Under the pieces are notes generated by a model. It saw nothing but the letters and a program-made list of their open reading frames with translations. It was not told the origin of the DNA and did no database searches. The position numbers were made by a program, and so were the translations under genes. From NCBI GenBank assembly GCA_963700635.1, contig CAVOYH010000003.1:1760001-1824000 (forward strand): DNA of 64,000 nucleotides, in the 5' to 3' direction. Below, in pieces: positions 9,739-20,221 of the stretch (positions are counted from its first letter, which is position 1; each line of letters opens with the position of its first letter). Origin of the DNA: an uncultured Bacteroidota bacterium. Its GTDB lineage: Bacteria; Bacteroidota; Ignavibacteria; UBA10030; UBA6906.

Positions 9739-12198
9739 TTATTTGCCGTTCATGAACGGGAGGAGAATCTCTCGCTGCCACTCCTCCCACCGTTTCGCTT
9801 CAATAACCTCTGAAAACAGCGGGCGATATGCCGCCTGCTGGAGAAAATACCGCGCCACGTCGGTTGCCGGACCGCGGAGACGGCCGTTGGTGTGGGTCAT
9901 TGCATCGCAGAGGGAAAGAACAAGCGATGTGTCGCACTCGTTCAGCCGCTTGAGCGCTTCGAATGCGTTCACGCGCGTGCGGAATTCCAGGGCCGGGGAG
10001 GCAAGGACCGTGAGGGAATCACGATCCGCGGTCGATCCGGCCCCGGCCCGGAGCTCGTGCCAGAGCACACGGACCTGATGTCCGACGCCCTCATCATGTG
10101 ACGTGAGCGCGAAGTACCGGGATCGTTCTTCGGGAAACTGGTCAACCAGTTTCTTCAGTGACGCGGCAACGACATCATACGACGAATCCGTCAACAGCGT
10201 CTCGAACATCGGCCTGTCATCCGGCTGTACGCGCTCCGTTGCGTTGAGAAAGGCCAGGCGGACAGGAGTTGACGGATCGTGAATGATTGCAGGGAACACC
10301 TCCCGGCTCTGAAGGTCGTTTGCCAGCTGTTCCGCAACCTCGGCGCGTACCGCGTAGAATGTCTCGCGCCGGTACACCCGCTTAAGCAGCTCCCGTTTGG
10401 TTGCAATGGGTGTCTGGCGGAGCGCGACGACTGCGTCGTACCGGTCGATCATGCCGCGGGCACGGAGGGCCTGGCTCTCGAGCTCCGTGAAGGTCCTGGG
10501 AAATGTCAGAGTCTTCAGAATCCAGCTTTCCGGATCGATCAGAACAAACGAGATCCCTTTATTGCGGGGGTTGGGGACGACGACCGTTTCGGTCTCGCGT
10601 TCGATCTCTACCCGGCAGCTGTCCCGGCTCCCGTCGTCATAGTTCACCTCAAACACGACCGGCATCCGGAATAGGCCGACCAGTTCATCGCGCTGGTGGA
10701 CCTGCCTGACGGTGATGACCGTCTGACGTTCGTTCATTTCTGCCAGGACAACATCCCGGTACGAGACCTCGTACTCTGGCTCACCTCCCCGGTAAATCCA
10801 CTCGTTGAAAAACCACGCAGGAGAAAGCCCGAGCACATCCTGAAATGTCTGATACAGATCGTTGGTTTCAACCAGCCCGTACGCGTGGGATCGCAGATAC
10901 TGTGTGATCACTCTCCGGACGGGTTCCTCCCCGAATGCATAGCGCATCATGTCAATCACCGCGGACCCTTTGGAATAGACGCGGTCCGATCCGGCCTGGG
11001 AGTGCAGGATGGGGAAGCGGTTGAGGCGGGAAGCGGAAAGGGCTGCATCCTGTTCCCTGCGCCTCGACCACTGGTAGGCATCTTCCCCGTCGGTCTTCCG
11101 GAAGAACAGCTTCGGGTAGAATGTGGCAAAGCTTTCGTGAAGCCAGGCATTCCGTCCCACCCGGCCGGTGACATAGTCTCCGAACCACTGGTGCGTGAGC
11201 TCGTGGAGGTTGACATAGACGTAATTCTTGTCCAGAAATGCGCGGCGGTCGACGAGGTAGAAGTCGCCGAACACCGTTGCGGTCGTATTCTCCATCCCCC
11301 CGTAGAGAAAGTCCTGCACCGGGATCTGCGAATACGACTCCCAGGGGTACGGGACCCCGGTTTCCGCTTCCATGAAATCGATGGCGTCGGTGGACCACCG
11401 GTACGTCGGCTCCACACGATCGGCCTGATCGGGATAGTACCAGAGGTGCACCGGAACCCCGCTGCGGGTGGTGCGTGTCTCGACGGCGTATTCGCCAATA
11501 CCCAGCATCACAAGATAAACCGAGTGGGGGTGGCTCATCCGGTAATGCCATGTTGTGGTACCGTCGGCGTTTCGTCGCTCCATCACCTTTGTGCCGTTTG
11601 AAAGGACGCGATACCGCGAATCAAACGTGATGATCGTTTCGGTGATGAGCTTGTCGTTCTGTTCGTCCCAACATGGAATCCAATGGCGGTTGTCGATCCC
11701 CTGCCCCTGCGACCAGATCTGTTTCCTGCTCCGGTCCGTGGTATCGTTCCATCCGATGAAGTAGAGCCCGCGCCGCGGGTGTGCTTCGTAGATGAACGTG
11801 ATGCTGTCCTGCGTATCCCACCGTGCGGGAGGTGAAAGGCTGACGACGACGCCGCCGGGATTCGTCACAAACGGAGCTGGCCTGCCGTTGTAGAGTGCCT
11901 TGATGATGCGGATGCCGGGACCGTGGAAGAAGAGGGAGTCGATGACCGGCCGAAGCGGCCTGAACGTGTGCGTGACCCGTCCGCGCACCAGCTTTTCCGT
12001 GGGGGTGAATTCGACCTCCAGCCTCATGTGGAGCATGTCGGCCTGGCGCTCGGACGGCTCATACTGCGGCTCGTAGTACCAGCGTGCGGTCCGGTCGGGC
12101 TGGGCATGGGCACTGAGTGTCGCCGCCGCCGTGAGTCCGGAAACGACAAGAACAAGAATCGGGAGGAACGATGCCCTCCGATGTATCCGCTTTCTCAC
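9739..12198 (-). CDS. Secreted M1 family aminopeptidase with C-terminal HEAT-like repeats
   Basis: GGMEN, HELTHQWFGD...WLHESFA (HEXXH-X18-E), VYSKG; signal peptide; GTG start. Confidence 0.93.
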   Translation of the reverse strand: MRKRIHRRASFLPILVLVVSGLTAAATLSAHAQPDRTARWYYEPQYEPSERQADMLHMRLEVEFTPTEKLVRGRVTHTFRPLRPVIDSLFFHGPGIRIIKALYNGRPAPFVTNPGGVVVSLSPPARWDTQDSITFIYEAHPRRGLYFIGWNDTTDRSRKQIWSQGQGIDNRHWIPCWDEQNDKLITETIITFDSRYRVLSNGTKVMERRNADGTTTWHYRMSHPHSVYLVMLGIGEYAVETRTTRSGVPVHLWYYPDQADRVEPTYRWSTDAIDFMEAETGVPYPWESYSQIPVQDFLYGGMENTTATVFGDFYLVDRRAFLDKNYVYVNLHELTHQWFGDYVTGRVGRNAWLHESFATFYPKLFFRKTDGEDAYQWSRRREQDAALSASRLNRFPILHSQAGSDRVYSKGSAVIDMMRYAFGEEPVRRVITQYLRSHAYGLVETNDLYQTFQDVLGLSPAWFFNEWIYRGGEPEYEVSYRDVVLAEMNERQTVITVRQVHQRDELVGLFRMPVVFEVNYDDGSRDSCRVEIERETETVVVPNPRNKGISFVLIDPESWILKTLTFPRTFTELESQALRARGMIDRYDAVVALRQTPIATKRELLKRVYRRETFYAVRAEVAEQLANDLQSREVFPAIIHDPSTPVRLAFLNATERVQPDDRPMFETLLTDSSYDVVAASLKKLVDQFPEERSRYFALTSHDEGVGHQVRVLWHELRAGAGSTADRDSLTVLASPALEFRTRVNAFEALKRLNECDTSLVLSLCDAMTHTNGRLRGPATDVARYFLQQAAYRPLFSEVIEAKRWEEWQREILLPFMNGK

Positions 12199-12220
12199 TG
12201 ACTGTGTCCTTCGATGGTGC

Positions 12221-15049
12221 TTACGGGTTCTCCAGTTCGAGACCGAGGATCTTCCCCTTGTTCACGGCGGGAATTCCCTGGCTCATCCAGACGGGCATGG
12301 GAGAACCCTTCAGGTAGTGGTCAAAGAACTGCATCATTCTAACCGAGAGATCCTTCCGGTTTTTCCGCTGGACGAGGTTATGCGCTTCGTTGTTGTACGT
12401 CAACATCCAGACCGGCTTGTGGAGGCGGCGCAGCGCGGTGAAGAGTTCGATCCCCTGGTACCAGGGAACGGCCCCGTCAGCATCATTGTGCATGATGAGC
12501 AGGGGGGTTGTGACCCGGTCTGCGAAGAAGAGGGGGGAGTTCTCGAGATACAGGTCCCGTTTCTCCCAGAGGGTTCCGCCGATGCGGCTCTGTGTCCGTT
12601 CGTACTGGAACATCCTGCTCATGCCGGATTCCCAGCGGATCCCGCCGTAGGCACTTGTCATATTCGATACCGGTGCACCCGCCATGGCCGCACGGAACAT
12701 GGACGTTCGGGTAATGATGAACGCTGTCTGGTAGCCGCCCCAGCTCTGTCCCTGGAGACCGATGCGCGCGGGGTCGACGAACCCCCGGGCGATCAGCTTC
12801 TGGACGCCCGGCACAATGCAATCGACGGCACTTTGTCCGGGATGGCCTTCGCGGTACCGGATGTCCGGCATGAATACCAGGTATCCGTTGCTCGTGCACC
12901 ACGTGGGGTTGATGGTTGAGGCGCTCGGCGCGGGAGGGAAATACCGGTTGAGCACGTCGGACATGCGCTCATAGTAATAGACAAGCATCGGATATTTCTT
13001 CTTTGGATCGAAGTTCTCCGGTTTGAAGAGAAGACCGTCCAGTGGCTTCCTGCCCGGACCGTTCCAGTGGACGAGTTCCGCGGTGCCCCAGAGGTACTCC
13101 CCCTGCTGGGGGTTGATGTCGCTGATGCGACGGGGCCGGAGAAATGAAGGGCCAGAGACAAACAGATCGGGGGAGACCGTGAAACTGTTCTTCTGAAAGA
13201 TGAATGTCGTGTCGTCCTTTGCCTTACGAGGAGTGGAGTAGTCGAAAGCTTCTTTGACAAGTATGGTGGGGCCAGAACGTCCCGCAAGAGGAAGTCGGGC
13301 GAACCCCGTGTCCTTCGTCTTCGTGTCGAAGACCTCGAGGAGAAGCGTGGCATCGGGTTCCAGGAATCGTTCTTCCGGGTCCGTCCTGACGTACCGGTAG
13401 TTGGTCGAGGTTCTTCTCCCGATGCCTGCTGTGAGACTGTATGGTGCGCGATGCCCGGCCGGGTCCGTCGACCAGATGTCGTACCGGTCGTAGATCATGA
13501 GCGTGGAGTCGTTGCGCGTCCACCCCAGCAGGCCGTACGAACCGGGGTCTTCCGGGATATCGGACAGTTCGTTGTAGAGGGGCACGGTGATCCCCCGCGT
13601 CACTTTCGCCGTTGTACGTGTGGCGGTGTTCATGGTGAACCAGTGACGCTGCTTCATGTCGTACCATGTGATCCAATGCGCGAGCGGCGACAGTGATGCG
13701 CCCCCTTTGTGCTTTTCCATCACTCTGGCCTTAGTCCCGGTCGGAAGGTCAACCAGATAGACATCGTTGTACTGCACCCCTTCCCAGGATACGAGGGGGC
13801 GGTACGGAACATCTGAAAGACCCAGTGCGATGTCAGCCTGGCCTTCATTTCCGACGACGATCGAGGGAACCGCCAGGGTCGCGAGCTGGATGAACCGCCG
13901 GCTTGCGAGTTCGATCACGGCGAGGTACGACCGCTTTTTCTCCTCGTCCAGTTGTTTGAGCTGGTGGGTTTGAAGGTATTCATCCTGCCAGTTCCAGACA
14001 TCGAGTTTCGCGGTTTCTTCGTCGTTGAGCGTGGTGTCTTCCGGTAGCGGTACAGGTGCCGTGCCGAAGAAGAGACGTCCTCCGTCTTTCGAGAAATCCG
14101 GCGCACGGTATTCACTGATCAACCAACCATGGTCCAGTCCACGAACAGACGTGTCGGCCAGAACCGTAGACGAATCCATACCCGGCCTCCAGTAGCAGAG
14201 GGCGAAGTACCGCTGTTTGGCTTTGGATGTATCCCGGTCGGCAAGGAACGCGGCCTGCACGCCGTCTTCGTCCCAGGCAAGTTGTTTGTACGATCCTTTC
14301 CCTCTGACAAGTGTATCGACGGTCGCGATCTGCGTGTCGAACCGATACACACCTGGCGTCACGGTACTGTCTTTTGCGCCCACAGCAAAAAGGATGGCGT
14401 TTCCGTTCTTGCTGACGGCAAACGTTGTGACCTGGGCATAGCGGAACTCCTTGCCGTCGTGCAGCCGGTACAGGAGAAGAGTGGAACCCTGGTCGTCCTT
14501 TTTCTCTTTGTCGGAATCCTCTGCGTCGGCTCCGTCCCCCGTGCCGGTTTTCTTGCGGGTCGTATCGGATTTGGCGGGCTCTTTCTCGAGATGGATGGCG
14601 ATCCATCCGGCCCCCTTTTCCGGGAGGGTGAAGCTCTTCACTCGGGCAATCCTGACCACTGAATCGGCGCCGAGCCGGACGATCCCGATGCTATCCTTCG
14701 GCATGTCGTCCGCTTTCTTTTTTGCGACCTTCGCTTTCTTGACGTCTGCAAAAAAAGGCTTGATCACGAACGCAGCGTACCGGGAATCATATGAAATCTG
14801 CGGCCGGGATCCTCGTGCAACGGTGTCCTGCCTGCCGGTCTGCAGGTTCGTGATGACGAGGTTCGCGTCGCCTTCCTGGGGGTCGATGGTGTACAAGACC
14901 CACTGGCCGTTGTTGGAGATCACGGATCTACCGATCGATTTCCATCTGTCGTAGACGTCATGTGGGAGCGGTTTCTTGTCGGCGGCTGAGAGTACCGTTG
15001 CGGCCGCTACAAGCGACAGAAAGACTGTGAGTCGATTGAACCTGTTCAT
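12221..15049 (-). CDS. Secreted S9 family peptidase (prolyl oligopeptidase/acylaminoacyl peptidase-like)
   Basis: GQSWGGY nucleophile motif, HNDADGAVPW (Asp), EAHNL (His); long beta-propeller N-terminal region; signal peptide. Confidence 0.93.
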   Translation of the reverse strand: MNRFNRLTVFLSLVAAATVLSAADKKPLPHDVYDRWKSIGRSVISNNGQWVLYTIDPQEGDANLVITNLQTGRQDTVARGSRPQISYDSRYAAFVIKPFFADVKKAKVAKKKADDMPKDSIGIVRLGADSVVRIARVKSFTLPEKGAGWIAIHLEKEPAKSDTTRKKTGTGDGADAEDSDKEKKDDQGSTLLLYRLHDGKEFRYAQVTTFAVSKNGNAILFAVGAKDSTVTPGVYRFDTQIATVDTLVRGKGSYKQLAWDEDGVQAAFLADRDTSKAKQRYFALCYWRPGMDSSTVLADTSVRGLDHGWLISEYRAPDFSKDGGRLFFGTAPVPLPEDTTLNDEETAKLDVWNWQDEYLQTHQLKQLDEEKKRSYLAVIELASRRFIQLATLAVPSIVVGNEGQADIALGLSDVPYRPLVSWEGVQYNDVYLVDLPTGTKARVMEKHKGGASLSPLAHWITWYDMKQRHWFTMNTATRTTAKVTRGITVPLYNELSDIPEDPGSYGLLGWTRNDSTLMIYDRYDIWSTDPAGHRAPYSLTAGIGRRTSTNYRYVRTDPEERFLEPDATLLLEVFDTKTKDTGFARLPLAGRSGPTILVKEAFDYSTPRKAKDDTTFIFQKNSFTVSPDLFVSGPSFLRPRRISDINPQQGEYLWGTAELVHWNGPGRKPLDGLLFKPENFDPKKKYPMLVYYYERMSDVLNRYFPPAPSASTINPTWCTSNGYLVFMPDIRYREGHPGQSAVDCIVPGVQKLIARGFVDPARIGLQGQSWGGYQTAFIITRTSMFRAAMAGAPVSNMTSAYGGIRWESGMSRMFQYERTQSRIGGTLWEKRDLYLENSPLFFADRVTTPLLIMHNDADGAVPWYQGIELFTALRRLHKPVWMLTYNNEAHNLVQRKNRKDLSVRMMQFFDHYLKGSPMPVWMSQGIPAVNKGKILGLELENP

Positions 15050-15084
15050 GAGTATTCTTCCTGATATCTCGGTATTCGTTCGGG

Positions 15085-16230
15085 CTAGAACTTTGCGAGC
15101 ACTTCGGCATTAGTGGGATACTGCTCGACCAGCTTCTGCACGGCGAGCATCGCGGCGCGGGGTTTCATCCTGCTGATCGCCCGCCGGAGGTCCTGGTGGC
15201 GGTAGATGTTCTCCCCGAAGAGGAGTTCTTCCCGACGGGTGCCTGACAGATTGAGATTGACGGCCGGAAAGATGCGTTCATCGGCGAGTTCGCGGTCCAG
15301 GACCAGTTCCATGTTCCCCGTCCCTTTGAACTCCTGAAAGATCAGCTCGTCCATGCGTGAATCGGTCTGAATCAACGCGGTGGCCACGATTGTCAATGAT
15401 CCACCCCCCTCGATCTTGCGGGCAGCACCGAAAAGGCGTTTGGGGATTTCGAGTGCACGGGCGTCGACGCCGCCGGACATGGTCCGTCCGCTGCTCTTCT
15501 GGTGAATGTTGAATGCCCGGCCGAGACGTGTGAGGGAGTCCAGCAACACCACGACGTCCTTTCCCGTCTCCACCTTCCGCTTTGCATACTCCATGACCAA
15601 CTGTGCCAGCCGGACATGTTGCCCCCGTTCGCTATCGCTCGAACTTGCGAACACCTCTCCTTTGATCGAGCGGCGCATGTCGGTCACCTCCTCGGGACGT
15701 TCATCGATCAACAGGACCTCCATCTCGATTGAGGGATGGTTTCTGCTGATGGCATGAGCCAGCTGTTGCATCAGCATGGTCTTGCCCGCCTTCGGCGGGG
15801 AGACGATCAACGCACGCTGCCCTTTGCCGAGAGGGCAGAAGAGGTCCACGATGCGCATCGGCCGGGCGCCCAGCCGCCCTGCCGGAGTTTCATCCCTTCC
15901 TTCCAGCCGGATCCATTCGAAGGGGGATATCACTTCATAGCTGTTGAAATCAGGAAGTCTCCGCCACGCGTCCGGAGTCAATCCGTTCACAGTATGGAGG
16001 TCTTCCATCACCGGGTGGGGCAGCCGCCCTTTGCGGCCGACACCTTCGAGGAGAACGCCCTCCCGGAGCTGGTTGTCGCGGACCTGACGGGGGGTCACAT
16101 GCATATCCGTCGGCCGCTGGTCGAGGGTGAGCGAACGTGCCCGGACAAAACCGCCTCCCCGCTGGTCCAGTTCAAGGAGTCCCGAGAAAGGAAGTGTCGA
16201 TTGTTGTGCGGGATGATGATGAGGGTTCAT
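15085..16230 (-). CDS. rho: Transcription termination factor Rho, short form (about 381 aa)
   Basis: [64 protein letters not shown]. Start placed at ATG 16230, 13 nt after the permease stop. Confidence 0.9.
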   Translation of the reverse strand: MNPHHHPAQQSTLPFSGLLELDQRGGGFVRARSLTLDQRPTDMHVTPRQVRDNQLREGVLLEGVGRKGRLPHPVMEDLHTVNGLTPDAWRRLPDFNSYEVISPFEWIRLEGRDETPAGRLGARPMRIVDLFCPLGKGQRALIVSPPKAGKTMLMQQLAHAISRNHPSIEMEVLLIDERPEEVTDMRRSIKGEVFASSSDSERGQHVRLAQLVMEYAKRKVETGKDVVVLLDSLTRLGRAFNIHQKSSGRTMSGGVDARALEIPKRLFGAARKIEGGGSLTIVATALIQTDSRMDELIFQEFKGTGNMELVLDRELADERIFPAVNLNLSGTRREELLFGENIYRHQDLRRAISRMKPRAAMLAVQKLVEQYPTNAEVLAKF

Positions 16231-16243
16231 GGTGTAGCCGATC

Positions 16244-17212
16244 TTACGCAGCCTTGAGAGCTCGCCGGCGTTGGCGCCACCGGTCAAGCGCCACAGCGAG
16301 AACAATGATGATTCCGGTTACCATTTCCTGGATCCAGTTGGGCAGTCCCAGTTGTGCGCACCCTGACCGGATGACAGTCATGATCAGGGCGCCGACGATG
16401 GTTCCTGTAATGGAGCCCTCGCCGCCTGACAGGGATCCGCCGCCGATGACCACGGCGGCGATGACATCGAGTTCGACGCCCATCGCGACGGTTGGATCTC
16501 CCACGGTGAGCCGGGAGAACTGGAACACGCCCGCCACGCCAGCAAACAACCCTCCGAGCGTGTAGACCATCACTTTGACGCGATCGACGGGCACGCCGCA
16601 GAGTCGGGCGGTTTGTTCGTTGGATCCCACCGCAATGATGTGCCGTCCCAGGCGCGTGTAGACGAGAAGAGCGGCGACGGCGACGGCGAGGAGAAGCGTC
16701 AGCCAGACGCCCCAGGGAACAATCAGCCAGCGATCTCCCGGCGCCAGTGCGGCCAGCAACTCCTTCAGCCAGGAGAGCGGCGCATCGATCTTCTGTTCGT
16801 GGGCGAACCCTTTCGCTGCACCGCGTACGAGGAGAAGCGTACCCAGCGTGACGATGAAGGGGACGACACGCAGGCGCGTGATCAGGAGCCCGTTGATGAG
16901 TCCGCACACCATGGCGGCAACGACGCCGCCCACGGCTGCGAGGAACGGATCAAGTCCCGCCTTCAGCAGCGCGGCGACGACAACAGTGACCAGGGCGATG
17001 ATCGATCCAACAGAAAGATCGATTCCTCCTGAAATGATGATCAGGGTCATCCCCAGGGCGGCAGTTCCAACGATGGCGGTCTGCCGGGCAATCGTCTCCA
17101 GATTGTTCCCTGAGGAGAAGCTCTCCGGCCCGATGACCGCGAACAGGAGAAAGATCAGGACCAGGCCTGCCAGCGGCCCGAGGGCCTGGGAAAGAGCAGG
17201 AAGACGCTTCAT
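16244..17212 (-). CDS. Sugar ABC transporter permease (RbsC-like)
   Basis: GGIDLSVGS, PFIVTLG, GRHIIAVGSNEQTARLCG, ELDVIAAVVIGGGSLSGGEG. Confidence 0.95.
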   Translation of the reverse strand: MKRLPALSQALGPLAGLVLIFLLFAVIGPESFSSGNNLETIARQTAIVGTAALGMTLIIISGGIDLSVGSIIALVTVVVAALLKAGLDPFLAAVGGVVAAMVCGLINGLLITRLRVVPFIVTLGTLLLVRGAAKGFAHEQKIDAPLSWLKELLAALAPGDRWLIVPWGVWLTLLLAVAVAALLVYTRLGRHIIAVGSNEQTARLCGVPVDRVKVMVYTLGGLFAGVAGVFQFSRLTVGDPTVAMGVELDVIAAVVIGGGSLSGGEGSITGTIVGALIMTVIRSGCAQLGLPNWIQEMVTGIIIVLAVALDRWRQRRRALKAA

Positions 17213-18738
17213 GCGGTTCCACCTTGTCCGGTTGCGGCAATCATCAGGGTGTGCTCAGTCCATTCCGCCGCGGGCAGTGCGGGCCCCAGACGGCCACGGT
17301 ACATCACCGCGATCCGATCACACACACCCAGCAGCTCCGGGAGGTAGCTGCTGACGAGCAGAACCGCTTTGGGTGGCGTGTGTGTGCCAGGGTCTCCGGC
17401 GGCCAGGCGGTCAATCAACTCGTACACCTGCGACTTGCTCGCGACGTCGATGCCCCGCGTTGGTTCATCCAGGAGGAGCACGTCGACGTTCTCGTGCAGG
17501 AGTCGTGCGAGGGCGACCTTCTGCTGGTTCCCCCCGGAGAGGGTCCGGACCTCCTGATGAGGCCCGCGTCCCCTGATCCCCAGGGCGTCGATCCAGCGAG
17601 ATGCGGCGGTGTCCAGACGGCGCGGGCGCACGACCCCGAACCTTCCGGCATCCCTCGCGAGATTCATGGTGATGTTGTTAGCAACGCTGAGCGAGAGCGC
17701 GAGCCCTTCGGTCGACCGATCTTCGCTCACGAATCCCGCGCCCTGGTGCCACCGGTGTACCGGTGTCGTCCAGCCGCGGTACGCGTGCAGGCGGATCTCG
17801 CCCTGTTCAACGGCCGAGAGACCGAAGAGTGCCCGGAGAAGCTCCGTGCGCCCTGCTCCCACAAGGCCGGCGAGTCCCAGCACTTCACCCCGCCGGAGCG
17901 TGAACGATGCATCGAGCGGTTTTGGTACGGCGTGAAGGTGCTCAACGCTCAGGACCATCTCTCCTGCTGTTCGCGGTGAGCGAGGATACATGTGTTCGAT
18001 GCGACGCCCGATCATCATCCCGACAATTTCTTCCACGCTGTGTTCGGCGGCAGAACCGGACCCGGCCGCACAACCGTCACGAAGCACGGTATACCGGTCG
18101 GCGATCTGCTTCACCTCCTCGAGGAAATGGGAGATATAGACGATGGCATGGCCCTGCCGCCTGAGGCCGTCCAGGACGGCGAAGAGTTTTCCGATATCTG
18201 CATGTGCAAGACTGCTGGTCGGCTCGTCGAGCACGAGGACCCTGCATCCCACGGCGAGCGCGCGTCCGATCTCCACCACCTGCCGCAGCGCGATCGGAAG
18301 ATCTGCAATGACGGCGCGGGGGTCGAGTGATCCATGTCCGAGCGTCGACAGCGCTTCGATGCTCCGTCGCCTGATTTCTGCGCGGTTGCGGATCCCGGCG
18401 TTCCCCGGTTCCATGCCGAGCATGATGTTGTCTTCGACGGAGAGATGGGGCGCCAGAGAGAGTTCCTGGTAGATCATGGCCACGCCCGCACGACGGGCCT
18501 CATGAGTCGATCGGGGCCGGAACGGTGCACCGTCAAGCGACATCGACCCCGCATCCGGAGTGAGCGCTCCGGCGAGGATCTTCATGAGCGTGCTTTTGCC
18601 CGCCCCGTTCTCGCCGACCAGGGCATGAATCTCCCCAGGAGCTACGGCAAAGTCAACGCCATCCAGCGCTGCTGTTGCGCCGAACCGCTTGACGATGCCC
18701 CGCATGGCAAAGCGAGAATGGAGGGGCGCTTCCGTCAT
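17209..18738 (-). CDS. Sugar ABC transporter ATP-binding protein (CUT2)
   Basis: GENGAGKST, LDEPTSSL, LSGGNQQK, LDEPTRGID. Confidence 0.95.
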   Translation of the reverse strand: MTEAPLHSRFAMRGIVKRFGATAALDGVDFAVAPGEIHALVGENGAGKSTLMKILAGALTPDAGSMSLDGAPFRPRSTHEARRAGVAMIYQELSLAPHLSVEDNIMLGMEPGNAGIRNRAEIRRRSIEALSTLGHGSLDPRAVIADLPIALRQVVEIGRALAVGCRVLVLDEPTSSLAHADIGKLFAVLDGLRRQGHAIVYISHFLEEVKQIADRYTVLRDGCAAGSGSAAEHSVEEIVGMMIGRRIEHMYPRSPRTAGEMVLSVEHLHAVPKPLDASFTLRRGEVLGLAGLVGAGRTELLRALFGLSAVEQGEIRLHAYRGWTTPVHRWHQGAGFVSEDRSTEGLALSLSVANNITMNLARDAGRFGVVRPRRLDTAASRWIDALGIRGRGPHQEVRTLSGGNQQKVALARLLHENVDVLLLDEPTRGIDVASKSQVYELIDRLAAGDPGTHTPPKAVLLVSSYLPELLGVCDRIAVMYRGRLGPALPAAEWTEHTLMIAATGQGGTA

Positions 18739-19727
18739 TCAAGCCACCGCGCAAGATCGGGCTGGATCAGCTCCCTGATCTCGGGCCTGTCCATGTTCTC
18801 GCGGGTGACAAGCGTAACGCCGGTGTCGATCCGTTTCGGGACCGATTCTCCTTTCAGGTGGGCGACGACCGACTTGACTCCGAGATAGCCCATCGCCATC
18901 GGGTTCTGGAGAACAAGCGCGTTCAGCTGATTGTTCGCAAGCGCCTCCACGAGTTTTGAGGAGCTGTCGAACCCGATGAATATCACCTTTCCCGCGTTGC
19001 CGCCGTCCTGCAACGCGCGGAGCATGCCGAACGTCGTGGATTCGTTCGGCGTGAAGATCCCGTCGATGGTCAGAATTCCACGGCCGTCTTTGAAGGGAGC
19101 GAGGAGGTTCTCGCTCGCCCTGTATGCCGTTTCCACGGTGGCGCCGCCGTACTGGTTCGAGCTGACAACGGTGATGCCCGGTGCGCCTGCCATGGCATCG
19201 AGGAATCCGCGCTCGCGATGGTCGGTGCTCGCCGATCCCTCCAGCACGCGGAGCATGATCACGCGCCCCTTACCCTTCAGCCGCCGGATCAGCTCTTCGG
19301 CACCCATCTTTCCGCCGAGGTAGTTATCGGTTGCCGCAAAGCTCACGTAGTCGTCGCTGTCGAGGTCCGAATCGATGATGACAACGGGGATCCCTGCCCG
19401 GGTGGCATTGGTGACCGGACTGCGGAGCGCGATGTTGTCCAGCGGGGCGAGGACGATGCCGCTGACTCCGCGGCTGATGAAGTCTTCCATGACGGAAATC
19501 TGAGCTTCGCGGTCATCTTCGCGCAGCGGTCCCTTCCAGATGATCTCGACGCCGAGTTCCCGGGATGCCTTCACGGCACCGGCGTGAATGGATTTCCAGA
19601 ACTCATGCGTTGTTCCTTTGGGAATCACGGCGATGGTGGTCGTACGGGCCGTGTCTCCCTCCCGCTTTCCGCATCCGGGGGTCAGCAGGATCAGCATGGA
19701 AGCAAGCAGCATCAACAGTGTGCGCAT
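18735..19727 (-). CDS. Sugar ABC transporter substrate-binding lipoprotein (RbsB-like)
   Basis: Lipobox-like LTPG-C; IAVIPKGTTHEFW, ATDNYLGG, IGFD, LQNPMAMGY. Confidence 0.92.
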   Translation of the reverse strand: MRTLLMLLASMLILLTPGCGKREGDTARTTTIAVIPKGTTHEFWKSIHAGAVKASRELGVEIIWKGPLREDDREAQISVMEDFISRGVSGIVLAPLDNIALRSPVTNATRAGIPVVIIDSDLDSDDYVSFAATDNYLGGKMGAEELIRRLKGKGRVIMLRVLEGSASTDHRERGFLDAMAGAPGITVVSSNQYGGATVETAYRASENLLAPFKDGRGILTIDGIFTPNESTTFGMLRALQDGGNAGKVIFIGFDSSSKLVEALANNQLNALVLQNPMAMGYLGVKSVVAHLKGESVPKRIDTGVTLVTRENMDRPEIRELIQPDLARWLE

Positions 19728-19764
19728 CGTGGCATCTCCATCATATCATCGGTGTATGAGGCGG

Positions 19765-20217
19765 TTACGGGCCATACAGCAGATATGTAACAACACTCGC
19801 GACATAGCTACTGAGCCCTATGACCAGAAGTCCGAGCTCGACAAAATAGAGGCGTGTTTTGGCATTCCGGTAGCTGATGATCCGGATGAGCGTTTCGTCG
19901 GCCGGGCCGCCCAGGAATTGCGTGGTCCAGCGGATACGCAGGCCACCGAGCAGAAGGATGACCATGGAAGAGAGCACGAACACGATTCCCAGGGCCATAC
20001 TGTAGCGTGCGAAATCATTCGTCTGAGCAATCTTCGGACCCGAGAAGCCTGTGATCGTCAGCGCCAGTGTCGAGAGGGTCAACAGAAGCTGCGACCGCGC
20101 CTGGATGACGTCGAAATGGTGCCGGAGGAAATCGAGTGCGGATGAAAGCCCCTGGCTTTCCGGAAAAAGAGCCAGGATCTGACGAGCTTCTTCGTCGGCA
20201 TTGAGCGGGCGGCGCAT
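19765..20217 (-). CDS. Hypothetical three-TM membrane protein
   Basis: 150-aa ORF fitted tightly between GH47 (4-nt gap) and the binding protein; three hydrophobic segments. Confidence 0.7.
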   Translation of the reverse strand: MRRPLNADEEARQILALFPESQGLSSALDFLRHHFDVIQARSQLLLTLSTLALTITGFSGPKIAQTNDFARYSMALGIVFVLSSMVILLLGGLRIRWTTQFLGGPADETLIRIISYRNAKTRLYFVELGLLVIGLSSYVASVVTYLLYGP

Positions 20218-20221
20218 ACGC

